Made by a program: the position numbers and the translations under genes
The notes under the pieces: model-generated
Told to the model about the DNA's origin: nothing
Databases searched by the model: none
What the model saw: the letters and a program-made list of their open reading frames with translations, nothing else
In this document: piece after piece, positions 1-11,627 of the stretch
Numbering within the stretch: the stretch's first letter is position 1
Layout: each line of letters starts with the position of its first letter
Assembly (NCBI RefSeq): GCF_964213995.1
Contig: NC_135827.1
Span: forward strand, 17,794,001 to 17,858,000
DNA: 64,000 bases
Source of the DNA: Mustelus asterias
Taxonomy: Eukaryota
Direction: 5' to 3'

Positions 1-619
1 TGCTTACTGTCATAATGCTTAGTAGATTCACTTGCTTCCGTGCCATTTATTCAATTATGTAACTGCCTCACAGACCACCATCTGCTAACAAATTGGAGAA
101 AACCTTTTGTTTTCATATTATTAACATACCCCTTACAAATCACAAACAGCAGATATTTTGGGTAGCAAGTCAAATTGGCAGCAGCAATCAGGATGGCAAT
201 AGGAATGAATGGAAAGATGATCATTTTTAGTACAGAAAGTATGAGACTGCAATCATCACTTTGTTCCCAAATCGAGTAGAACTGTGTGACTAGAGTATGA
301 AGGGGAATGCATTAGTTATATGTGCACAATTAATACACTTCTCACTCAGCTTTCAGAGATCGAGTAAGGCATGTGCTGAATAAAATAATTACACCTACCA
401 ATGTTCTTGTTTTGGATGTATTTTATGGTTAGTTATAGTCCACGGCTAACAATAAAGGAATGAATGTTTAAGAAATACATGCAGTTGTGTGAAGCTGGGG
501 TATTTCCCTGACAGACACTCACTAAACATACCAGAAAACGTTGGAGTTGTTGATTTTTTGATTATGTGTTAAGCCTTAATTATTACCAAACAACTCAGAA
601 CGTTAACATGCTGCCCCAT

Positions 620-715
620 AGCCGGGATTTTCTGGTCCATGAAAGTCAATGGACTTTTGTCTGCCTCTCCAAATTTTCTAGTTACCATTGTGGGTGGGAC
701 AGGAAAATCCTGGCC
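620..715. mobile_element. Short MITE-like element (GC-rich TIR family)
   Basis: Terminal inverted repeats gccgggattttc (621-632) / gaaaatcctggc (703-714), 11/12 match; AT-rich flanks; related termini at 1120-1246, 57085 and 60438-60558. Confidence 0.55.
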
Positions 716-756
716 TATATGTCTCAGTAAGGATTCGATGGGTCTGCAGATATAGG

Positions 757-1109
757 ATAGAATAGAAATAGAATAGAAACCCTACAGTACAGAAAGAGGC
801 CATTCGGCCCATCGAGTCTGCACCGACCACAATCCCACCCAGGCCCTACTCTCATATCCCTACATATTGACCCACTAATCCCTCTAACCTACGAATCTCA
901 GGACACAAAGGGCAATTTTGAGCATGGCCAATCAACCTAACCCGCACATCTTTGGACTGTGGGAGGAAACCGGAGCACCCGGAGAAAACCCACGCAGACA
1001 CAAGGAGAATGTGCAAACTCCACACAGACAGTGACCCAAGCCGGGAATCGAACCCAGCTCCCTGGAGCTGTGAAGCAGCAGTGATAACCACTGTGCCACC
1101 GTGCCGCCC
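757..1109 (-). mobile_element. HE1-type tRNA-derived V-SINE, full length, CR1/HER1-type tail
   Basis: Reverse strand reads tRNA-like head ggcacagtggttatcact..gggttcgattccc, V-domain gtgtctgcgtgggttttctccgggtgctccggtttcctcccacagtccaaagatgtg, and (ctatt)n tail. Confidence 0.9.
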
Positions 1110-1119
1110 CTACTATATA

Positions 1120-1246
1120 GACCAGAATTTTACCACCCCACCTGCCACGGGAATAAGAGCGGGCCAGGGGTGGACAATGGGAAGGTTTGTTGACCTCGGG
1201 TGGGATCTTACGGTTTCGGGACGAGCTAGGCTGTAAAATCCCGCCC
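1120..1246. mobile_element. MITE-like element, same family as 60438-60558
   Basis: Ends in gtaaaatcccgccc; internal gttgacctcgggtgggat shared with the 60438-60558 copy; ata flanks on both sides. Confidence 0.55.
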
Positions 1247-1531
1247 ATAATGTTGCTTTCTTCAATTTTGATCCCCTATAAAAGGAGGAGTGCTGAAATG
1301 GGTTTCAAATTGACACTACTTCCAGTCCAAAAGGCCATCAGGGCAAATGTAAATACACTGAATAGTGAATGCCCTTCATTTGGCACTGACTACAAAATTA
1401 AGTCATTTTATAACACAGGATGAACATTCAAAAGTCCTGAGCCCTGCTAATAATTTGCTATTCAGTCTCTCTGTTTGGCACTGACCCCATCAAACCAGTC
1501 AGTTAAGTACTGATTACTAGTACTAAGTACT

Positions 1532-1846
1532 GGGCAGCACGGTGGCATAGTTGTTAGCACTGGTGCCTCACAGCGCCAGGGACCCAGGTTCAATTCCGGG
1601 TTACTATCTGTGTGGAGTTTGCACATTCTCCCCGTATCTGCGTGGGTTTCCTCCAGGTGCTCCCATTTCCACCTACAGTCCAAAGATGTACAGGTTAGGT
1701 TGATTGACCACACTAAATTAACCCTAGTGTGAGAGGGAGTAGCAGGGTATATGAGGGGTTATTGGAATAGGGCCTGGGTAGGATTGTGGTCGGTGCAAAC
1801 TCGATGGGCCAAATGGCCTCCTTCTGCACTGTTGGGATTCTATGAT
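1532..1846 (+). mobile_element. HE1 SINE
   Basis: gggcagcacggtggcatagttgttagcac head, V-domain, ggattctatgatt tail. Confidence 0.88.
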
Positions 1847-2198
1847 TGCTAAGGGATGTCTCTGACTCACATTCAAATTATATGAAATATTAGCCTTCAC
1901 TGAAGTAAAGGGACTCTATAAAAACTCACAATATATCATTACACTCAATATCATTCTGCACAGTCAATAAATAAACACAATAGTTCCACGTCCCATTGTT
2001 ACCTAGAGCTCTCTGTAAAGTGACAGAAAAATTACTTTCAATTAATACAATTGAGACCAATTTGTGCCTAATTCATTTCTACTGGGAAAAAAATTCAAAC
2101 TGTCCAAAATAATATTACTTAGAGATTTAATAGCTGTCAGAATGGCCTCTTAAAATAAAATCTAAATCAGAGTACCATGGGCTGTACAATAATTTTTT

Positions 2199-2793
2199 TT
2201 CATTCATCCATGGGACATGGGTGTTGCTGACTGGCCAGCATTTATTGCCCATCCTGAGTTGCCCTTGGAGGACAGTTGAGAGTCAACCACATTGCTGTGA
2301 CTCTGGAGTCACACGTAGGCCAGACCAGGTAAGGACGGCAGATTTCCTTATCTAAAAAACATTAGTGAACCAGATGGGCTTTTACAACAATCGACAATAG
2401 TCTCATAGTCATCAGTCAATTCTTAACTCCAGATTTTTTTAAATCGAATTCAAATTCCACCATCAGCCGGAATTCAAACCCGGGTCCCCAGAACATTAGC
2501 TGAGTCTCTGGATTCATAGTCCAGCGATAATACCACTGGACCATTGTATTAAGTCTTTGGAGGTAGAAGTCCCTTCACCAAAATCCCTTTATTTACAATT
2601 CCAACAGCAGTACACAGAGTGCTGTCAGTCATCAGTCTACCTTCAGGAGTGCCAGAGGAACTGACACTCCCAGTTGAATACAAGGAAAAGATTCCCTGAT
2701 TGGCCCATCAATTGACTCCTTAATCAGGGAGTTCATATTCCAATAAGCCAACCTCAATGGCCTGATTGAAGTCATTACAGTCATCGCCTCCCC
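2199..2793 (-). mobile_element. Second tRNA-derived SINE family (here 'family C'), interrupted by a solo LTR
   Basis: Matches the + copy at 22400-22757; tRNA-like head is split at 2544/2780. Confidence 0.8.
2545..2779 (-). mobile_element. Putative solo LTR (235 bp)
   Basis: TGTA...TACA termini; AATAAA on - strand near 2590; interrupts host SINE with degenerate 5-bp TSD accat/gtcat. Confidence 0.65.
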
Positions 2794-4247
2794 ATTTATA
2801 AAGTTAATGATTCCATGATATTACTGTCTGTGCCCCAAAAATCAGCATTTATCAGTTTTCTATGGGAACAGACAATAGCTTATGTTGTCTCTGCGACTGT
2901 CTTCCAAATCTTGCAGCTCTTTCTATATGAGGATATGGCGTCAAACCTAGGGAATGTAATGCTTCAAGGATCACTCCACAAGTAATGATTTTATTCCATA
3001 CTTCGTCAATCAAGTGAAGGATGCAAGACAACAACTAATGAGAATTATTATGTATTCAGTGAAGATCATCTGTGCTAGGATTAGAGGTATTAAGGTGATG
3101 CAGTCATTTCAAGGACTTAGCATGAAACTAATCAGCTTTCTATTAGTATTCAAATTGCATAATGCTGGAATACAGTGACTTTGGGAATTTTGCCAGCTTT
3201 TAGTGAACATTCAAGCTAAACCCAGCAAAGACAGTGTTTATTCATGTTACAATATTACCTTCGATTCCCTTGATGCGCAACTGCAATTAATGTTATCGGA
3301 GGATTAAGAAAGTGATCATCTATTTTATTGATAAATATTTAACCAGGGGGATAAATACTGTTATACAAGAGCATATTATTTAAAACACTTACTTTGTGTT
3401 GTAGACCATTTATGATATCATTCAAAAACCAAATTAGATTTCTTTTATAAGGAAGATATCCTATAGATATCAATTTGATGCCAACATGAAGAATGTCCAT
3501 ATCACCATCTGGTCAGATAAAGTGAGATTGCACAGAATTAATCCAAATACAATTTCAATGTTTGAGATGATCCATTGGTTTCCTTCCAGATGTTTCGAAG
3601 GTTGGGATTCTCTCTGCACTAACAGCAGCTGCCAGCCCTACTATGTTTTGCAACTCATGGTGCATAGGCCAGCCTGAAATGTTATACTGTGGCCAATGCA
3701 AAAAACTGACTTCACACCACTTGTTAAAATGCAAAGTGCTGATGTTTCAGAATTTCAAAGTCACTATGTGCATTGATGCAAAATGTGGTTTGGAAGTTCC
3801 TCGTTGCAGTATAATAGCCCTTGTTCTCGTTTCAGTTGTTCGAGGTTACAGTGCCTAGATTCCTGAATTGTGTAACTTACGAGCCTAATTGTGAATTTTC
3901 TGCTTTCTGGTTTAATATATTATTGTCTCATCTCTCTCGAGCCTAAAGTCTATCCTTACTATCTTGCAAAGATCATTCCATCTGTTTCTTACCTGCTGTA
4001 TATTTTCTGAAACCATTTGTCAGATGCTTTATTTTGCTTCTCTAAATTTATCTGATTTAAAATTTCCCTTTTCATTTACAGCTGTTCATTATAATAGCTC
4101 TGCATAAATAATTAAAAGTTTGTCAAATCATTAATAACTAGTTTTAATCACTAGTTTTTTAAGAGCATACCATAAACAGATTTTATTCAGTACCAATATA
4201 AATACAAATAAATACAATAAATATAAATAAATGTAATATAAATAAAT

Positions 4248-4298
4248 AAAATTGATGAACTATATAAATATTACATATTTGTATAGTTCATCAATTTT
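4248..4298. repeat. AT-rich inverted repeat (24-bp arms, 3-nt loop)
   Basis: aaaattgatgaactatataaatat-tac-atatttgtatagttcatcaatttt; 23/24 Watson-Crick plus one T-G. Confidence 0.85.
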
Positions 4299-4399
4299 TT
4301 CTCTTCTATTATTGCATTATGTCCCTGTTTGATGTTGATACTGTATCTTCTTAAGCAACAACTGACGTCCTGTACGTCACTTTGGTAACTTTTTTAAAA

Positions 4400-4722
4400 A
4401 TTCATGGGCGTTGCTGGTTGGCCAGTATTTCTTGCCCATCCATAGTTGCCCGAGGGCAGTTGAGAGTCAACCACATTGCTGTGGCTCTGGAGTCACATAT
4501 AGGCCAGACGAGGTAAGGATGGCAGATTTCCTTCCCTAAAGGACATTAGTGAACCAGGTGGATTTTTCAAACAATTGACAATGGTTTCATGGTAATACTT
4601 TCAGATATTTTTTATTGAATTCAAATTCCACCATCTACTGTGGGGGGATTCGAACCTGGAGTCCCCAGAATATTAGCTGAGTTTCTGGATTAATAGTCTG
4701 GCGATAATACCACCAGCCATCC
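4400..4722 (-). mobile_element. tRNA-SINE family C copy
   Basis: gagtcaaccacattgctgtggctctggagtcac..gatttccttccctaaaggacattagtgaacc core; B-box ggattcgaacc. Confidence 0.8.
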
Positions 4723-4994
4723 CTTTTCATTCCCTTTGCTCACGAATCTATATTGACATCCGGTGTGGCAATGCGTTGAGTTTTTACATTTTGATCTTTG
4801 TTCTGAAATGCCTCGATGGCCTTGTTCCTCCCTTTCTCTGCAAACTCTTTCAGCCCAATTACCCTAGGAGATATTTGTGATCCTCCATATCTGACCACTT
4901 GCACATCCCTGATATCCAAGACCCCATATCAATTTATAGCCCTGCCTTTAGCTGTCAAGCCCCCATGGCTCTGGAATCTCCTCCCTCGCTACTT

Positions 4995-5321
4995 AGAATC
5001 ATAGAATCCTACAGTGGAGAAGGAGGCCATTCGGCCCATTGAGTCTGCACCACCCACACTCCCACCCAAGCCCTATTCCCGCAACCCCAGAGATTTAACC
5101 TGCTAATCCCCCTGACACTAAGGGGCAATTTAGCATGGCCAATCAACCTAACCCGCACATCTTTGGACTGTGGGAGGAAACCGGAGCACCCGGAGGAAAC
5201 CCACACAGACACGGGGAGAACGTGCAAACTCCACACAGACAGTGACCAAAGGCCGGAATTGAACCTGGGTTCCCAGCGCTGTGAGGCAGCAGTGCTAACC
5301 ACTGTGCCATCATGCTGTCCT
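4995..5321 (-). mobile_element. HE1 SINE
   Basis: Full head, V-domain and tail in reverse orientation. Confidence 0.9.
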
Positions 5322-6239
5322 TGCTTCTTCTTTTAAAACTTCCCTTTTCCAACTCAATGCAAATATATTTCTTTGATATTGTGAAGCACATTTGGGGCTT
5401 TTACTCCATTGAAGGCATTACATCAAAGGAAACTGTTATTGCTCATGGAAATGAATGTTGGCAAATTATTTTACAGTGATTGTCATCACAGGCAAACATG
5501 CTGCTGTCCACGTGTACAGTTTGCAGCTGGACTTGCTGCTTTGATGAGCCTGAGTGGCTCAGTCATGCCTCCAAGTTGGAAGTCCCTGGGTTCAAGTCCC
5601 ACTCCAGGGCTTGTTGGCCACCAAGAGAGCTTTGCAAAACAACCTGCAAAACGTTCTCCACACCATTCCCAAGGGAAGGAAGTGTGTGAAAATATGCACA
5701 ACAATTGTAATAATAATAAGTAAGAGCGAAAGCCAAGCTGATATTTTTTGCCCCCTTTTGGTTTTGGGTGTTACAGTAAGATGCATTGCCCCTCTAAACA
5801 ACATAGCTGAGGTAACTCATTCAGGACAGACAAATCAGATCTGAAATAGAAATGAAATTGCTGAAAATACGCAACAGGTCAGGCAGCTTCTGTGGAGAGA
5901 GAGAAAAACAGAGTTAACACTTCATCTCGATGACCTTTGGTCAGACTCTGCGACCTTCCTGCTATTTTTTGTTTATTTTTGGTTTAAATTGAGACATTGA
6001 GGAGGAATAGATTATGAAAGGCATGAGATGGCACGGGCAATGGTGCTGACTAATTATATATCCATTCAACTGTTAAAATGTAAGCTTGCAAACATGCAGT
6101 TAAGAAAAAGATTTCCAAAAGTCAAAGGTGGGAATAACTGGGATGCTCCTAAACAATGGAATGTATATTAAACACGCACCATTTTGTGACTGTTGATCAA
6201 CGCCCCTTCCTATATCAGATATATCTTTGAAAAATAATG

Positions 6240-6528
6240 TTTATTTATTAGTGTCACAAGTAGGCATATATTAATGCAATGAAGTTACTGTGAAAATCCC
6301 CCAGTCGCCAAACTCCAGCACCTGTTCAGGTACACTGAGGGAGAATTTAGCATGGCAATGCACCTAACCAGCATGTCTTTTGGACTGTGGGAGGAAACTG
6401 GAGCACCCGGAGGAGGAGGAAGCAGACACGAGGAGAATGTGCAGACTCCGCACAGACAGTGACCCAAGCCGGGAATCGAACCCAGGTCCCTGGTGCAGTG
6501 AGGCAGCGGTGCTAATCACTGTGCCACA
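6240..6528 (-). mobile_element. HE1-like SINE with alternative tail (type B)
   Basis: HE1 head and V-domain, but tail is ..ggggattttcacagtaacttcattgc..cctacttgtgacactaataaat. Confidence 0.85.
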
Positions 6529-7918
6529 ATGTAAATGCTCCAAGAAACTTATGGTACCATTGGTTAGAGATTGACATCTGTCCACACGATCCTTGTAACT
6601 TTCCATTCAGCATGCGCATTCTGACCACAAAGGTAGGTGTTGTTGCATAGTCAAGAGCGTGGATGTGAAGTGGAATATAAACCATGGCAACTTATATTAA
6701 GGGGTAAATTAAAATCATAATTTCATTACAGGTGGCTTTGAATCTGCTGCAAGCGATTCAGGTCACATCAAATGTCAAAACCAAGTGCAAAATACAGACA
6801 ACAGATTCTGCCAATGCTCTCACTAAAATTCATAGAAGTCATTGTGATTGGGAAATTTTTGCCGCAGCTCTGTTACAACAGTCTACTGCTTGGCTGCTAA
6901 TTTGGATTCAGTGTAAAATCTACTTAGCTTCCAGCTGTAAAGCTTTTGATAAGAATATGAATCTAGACCTCATTAAGAAGCTAATAAAAAAGCAAAATAC
7001 TGACAATATTGGAAATCTGAAATAGAAACAGAAAATGCTGGAAATATTGATGCCCAGTTCTGATAGTCACGGAACATTAGCCTGAATCCTCCGCCCAGGG
7101 TCGGCATCCCTGTTTCCCACCCTGAACAGACAAAAGAAAAACACACACACTTACCTTCCTCTGATACTTCAGAGCATCTTCCAATGTAGGATCCTTCCAA
7201 ACTGACTCAGTGCAATAAACCTCGGAGGGAGAAAACTCGCACAAAACTAAAATGCCCAATCCTTCTTTGAAAGGCTAAGGAGAGAGAGCATGTGGGTAAG
7301 GGGTTAGGGTGGATAAGATAAATGATTAAGGGGAAGGGTGGTGAGGTTGGATGGAGAGGGGAGGTGTGGGTCGATGGAGGAATCGGAAGCATTAGTGAGA
7401 GTGATAGGGAGTCAGTTGTACAATTACCCACGTGTTAGACCTGTCTCGCATTTCTTGGGTGACTATTCTAGTAAGTTGGAACTGTCTGAAGTCTCTGACT
7501 CTAACACAGAGTTGGAGACTTTTCCAGAGAATCCCAGGAGTAGAGGTATTGCTCATGGGAAGTTCAACCTTCCTGGGCAATTCCCAAAGAATAATTGCAT
7601 TCGCGAATTGCTACGAGATGCACTGCAGCAATTCACCAAAGATACTTAGACAGCACCTTCCAAACTCATGACCTCTTCCATCTAGAAGGACAAGGGCAGC
7701 AGACACATAGGAATATCACCATCTGCAAGTTCCCCTCCAAACCGCTCGCCACCCTGACTTGGAAATACATCGCTGTTCCTTCACAGCTGTTAGGTCAAAA
7801 TCCTGGAATTCCTTCCCCAGTGGTATTGTGGGTCAACCCACAGCACGTGGACTGCAGCGATTCCAGAAGGCAGCTTACCACCACCTTCTCAAGGGCAACT
7901 GGGGATGGCCAATAAATG

Positions 7919-8116
7919 GTGATGTGGAGATGCCGTCGTTGGACTGGGGTAAGCACAGTAAGAAGTCTCACAACACCAGGTTAAAGTCCAACAGGTTTAT
8001 TGGCAGCACTAGCTTTCAGAGTCTCAAGCTCCTTCATCAGGTGAGTGAGGACTTGTGTTCACACTCACAAAGCTAGCGCTGCCAAATAAACCTGTTGGAC
8101 TTTAACCTGGTGTTGT
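7919..8116. mobile_element. Penelope-like terminal-repeat fold-back element
   Basis: Inverted arms 7970-8016 / 8069-8116; left arm adjoins a hammerhead core on the - strand. Confidence 0.7.
8007..8043 (-). ncRNA. Minimal type I hammerhead ribozyme motif (Penelope-associated)
   Basis: - strand CAC-CUGAUGA-A-GGAG cuugaga CUCU-GAAA-GC-UA-GUG: conserved core, stem II, vestigial palindromic stem III (AGCU), stem I CAC/GUG. Confidence 0.6.
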
Positions 8117-8412
8117 TGGCCAACCAGCGACGTTCATGTAGTACAAATGAATAAAAAAAAGGAATTCCAAAGGATCCCATCATGTTTTTCAGAGGATATG
8201 TTCGGTCTCCAACAATCAGGAGGTTGGAAAGCATGAGCCATTAACTTTGCTTCTCCCTGCACAGATTTTACGTGAGCTGCTGAACATTTCCAGTATATTC
8301 TGCTTTTATCTCATTAAAATGATCATCTTTGGCGAGACATCTGACATGCCATTGAATTGGGCAAATAATATATTGAGAGCACTTTAAACATAGATTGATT
8401 AAAACATCAATC

Positions 8413-9983
8413 CATTCTTTGTCTTCCTCACTTCCTGGTGGATGTCATCAAAAGTGATACTTTTGATGACATCCACCAGGAAGTGGTTGATGGTATACCG
8501 AGGTGAACTGTCCATCTGAAAAGGCTAAAGTAGTACCCATATGATCAAATTTAAACTGTGGATGGACACGTGTGTTATCTTCACCACTACCTAGACGAGT
8601 CGACAACTCTGTCAACAGAGATTTACTTGAGTTACTTGAACACATCTTCTTCACATAGGTACTAATTTTCTTTCAGTTACAAGCATTCAGCTTTTTGGTC
8701 ATTTATTCATCTGTCTTCTGCCCAAAGGCAGGTCCTAGGCTCATAAGGTCCTTGCATAACAAGGTCCACTCGTAATTAAACTTGAGTTTCCTACTTGAAC
8801 CAGGAACACTACAGCTGTACTTGCCGCAACTCACCAATCTGCAAAAGTCTGAAAGAGACAACCTTGAAGGCCATAAAAACTACTTCACACTCTTCCTTTG
8901 CTTCCAGAACCTTCATCCAGACTGTCGTGCCACTTGAACCTTGCCCCTTGAATGCAAATGTTCAAAGGCAGGAGGCAGTAATTACAGACTGAGCCAAGAT
9001 TGCCAGGACATACATCAAGATAAGTAAACTTACCTGCATCAGATCTACGGACCTACTTGGTATTAAGTTGATCTTTCTCTGCACCCTGGCTATGACTGTA
9101 ACACTACATTCTGCACCCTCTCCTTTCCTTCTCTATGAACGGTTTGCTTTGTCTGTATAGTGCGCAAGAAACAATACTTTTCACCGTGACAATAATAAAT
9201 CAAATCATTTGTATCCTTTATGATATGTATAAGTGGAGAACTGTGGAGTGGGTTTATTCTGATTTAGTTGTATTAGCCATGGTAGACACAATTGAATAGC
9301 TGTCTCCCAAGCTTTGATCACAATTTGAGTCGGGACAATATTAGGTGTGCTGCACAACACATTACAGGTGGTGGAGCCAACTTTTCCCCGGATTTAAACA
9401 GGATAAATGTGAAGCATTGACAGGACTCAATCATGGATTGAGTCCTGGCAATCAAAATTAGTCTGAAAATTTCATTCAATTAATAAGTAAGAAATAACTT
9501 CACAAGACATGTGTCCAGTGATGTGCAGGTTGGGTTGATTGGCTATGCTAAATTGACCCTAGTGACAGGGGGATTGGCAGGGTGGATCCTGGAATGGGGC
9601 CTAGGTGGGATTGTGGTCGGTGTGGACTCAAAGGGCCTCATTCTGTACTGTAACACTATTCTACATAGGGATTCTATATAGGAAAACTGACTTTGAGAGT
9701 TTTCTAACTTTTATTTCAGAACTTTACAAACAATCTATTCAAAACACAAAAGATTCCAGTCCTAGTTATAGGTCTAGCTTGTTGGATGGTATGTTAAACA
9801 TCCCGTAGGGATCACACTGGTGTTTTGTCTATTAAAACCTTACTTCAGAATGTTTAAAAAAAAAAAATGCTTTGTCACAAGCAAAGATCAGTCATGCAAC
9901 TATCTATAATTGATTGTCAGTCAGTATACCACCAAGCATCACTTTTGATGACACCCACCAGGATGTGAGGAAGACAAAGAATG
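8413..9983. mobile_element. Unclassified element bounded by ~63-bp inverted repeats
   Basis: 8413-8458 is the reverse complement of 9938-9983 (44/46); 8485-8501 of 9921-9937 (14/17). Confidence 0.55.
9048..9207 (+). mobile_element. Rex1/Babar-type LINE 3' end fragment
   Basis: Same 3' UTR as the copies at 26374, 28004 and 48406; ends gtgacaataataaatcaaatca. Confidence 0.8.
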
Positions 9984-10234
9984 ATGCAAATCATTTTCCA
10001 GAACTTCTTTCGTCATCCACGGCTTTGAGATTGATTTCCAATACTGAAGTCTCAAAAGGTGAAGTGAGTTATTCACATGATGCCATAATTTCTTGGGGCT
10101 TTTATGTTAAAAACGTGAAAAGTTGATCATAGCTCAGCAAATCTCATCCCTCCAGTCAACTCAATGTCTATTTTCTTCTACTATTAAAACATACATTAAT
10201 TTTAATGATATATCTGGTTCATTAGTTTTTAAGC

Positions 10235-10505
10235 TTGTTTATTAGTGTCACAAGTAGGCTTACATTAACACTGCAATGAAGTTGCTGTGAAAATCCCCGA
10301 GTCGCCACCTGTTCAGGTACACAGAGGGAGAATTTAACACGGCCAATGCACCTAACCAGCATGCCTTTCGGACTGTGGGAGGAAACCAGAGCACCCAGAG
10401 GAAACCCACGCAGACAATGTGCAAACTCCACACAATCACCAAGCCAGGAATTGAACCCATGTCCCTGGCGCTGTGAGGCAGCAGTGCTAAGCACTGTGCC
10501 ACCCT
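10235..10505 (-). mobile_element. HE1-like SINE, type B tail
   Basis: Head and V-domain plus type B tail. Confidence 0.85.
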
Positions 10506-10899
10506 TTAAGGGAATTAGGGAATGAAAACAAAACTAAACTTTAAAAAATTGTCCAATGTGAAGGTGATGAATTTCTTCGATCTATGCTAGCTTCCCTGCT
10601 GCAGCCAATTATATAAATAATGGCGCAGCTGAATTCATTTAATTTCATGACCACCAAATAATTTGTGTCATTCTTAGCTAAAACCTACCGAAAAGCTACT
10701 TCTACACTGCTTTGTTCTGTTTTGTGTAAATTACGTGCAGTTTGAGTGCTTACTCATTCCATTGATGAAGGACAGAGAAAGTTTTGATTTTGCCCACTTA
10801 CCCTGAGACTCATCCAAATTGAATATTGGAGCCCAGTTAAATAATTCTGCTGAACTGCTGGTGTTTGTTGGGCCTCATGGGGCAGCTCTCTGGTTTTCT

Positions 10900-11205
10900 C
10901 AGGACCATGGTTGCACTGTGGTTAGTTAGCATTGCTGCCTCACAGCGCCAGGGACCTGGGTTCGATTCCCAGTTTGCATCAGTGTGTGTGTGGAGTTTGC
11001 ATGTTCTCTCCATGGGTTTGTCCTGGGTGCTCTGGTTCCCTCCCATAGTCCAAAGATGTGTGGGTTAGGTGGATTGGCCGTGCTAAATTGACCCTTAGTG
11101 TCAGGGGGATTAGCAGGGATATGGGGATTGGGCCTGGGTGGGATTGTGGCCGGTGCACACTCGATGGGCTGAATGGCCTCCTTCTGCACTGTAGGATTCT
11201 ATGAT
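10900..11205 (+). mobile_element. HE1 SINE
   Basis: Head, V-domain, ggattctatgatt tail. Confidence 0.85.
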
Positions 11206-11627
11206 TGTACCTATTCTTATGCCATATTCTTCATTCCTCCTTTAAGTAAATTGAGATACATTTCACAAGCTATCAAGTATTTACAAAAATACCATAAAGG
11301 GCAGTTACTCTGCATGTCACCAATATGCAATTATTTACTCTTCGAGCCAAGATTATACTTGGTGCAGTGTTAAAAGATTTTGATCCAACTGGTTAGCACC
11401 ACCTCCTAGTGATTGTTTCAAAAATGCAGCTCATTCTGTAATTTCTTGAAAACAATTAACTTTCAAGGTCCGCAATTTATTTCTTTTGATAAGCTTCTAT
11501 TATGCACCCCTGTAATCAATTGCCCAAAAATAACAGGGTATCATCCTGTTCTTAACAGAAGTTTCCCCAAATAATCAGCAGTGCTCTCTCTTCCCATTTA
11601 TTCCGTACTCTCTCTTCCCATTTATTC

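Larger units (their letters stand above)
7590..8160 (+). mobile_element. 3' fragment of a CR1/L2-group LINE whose tail is shared with SINE family C; interrupted by a Penelope-type insert
   Basis: Frame ..KSWNSFPSGIVGQPTARGLQRFQKAAYHHLLKGN (LINE ORF2 C-terminus); tail aagggcaact..aataaatg/tggccaaccagcgacg..atgaataaaaaaaa. Confidence 0.75.

Noticed and set aside
852-1248. Recurrent ORFs such as [45 protein letters not shown] (also at 5009, 34411, 36558, 46697, 55180)
   Set aside because: Chance translations of HE1 SINE copies, not a protein family
8448-8654. ORF with SDGQFTSVYHQP resembling a Penelope RT thumb motif
   Set aside because: The motif is short, overlaps the inverted-repeat/fold-back sequence, and no other RT motifs are present
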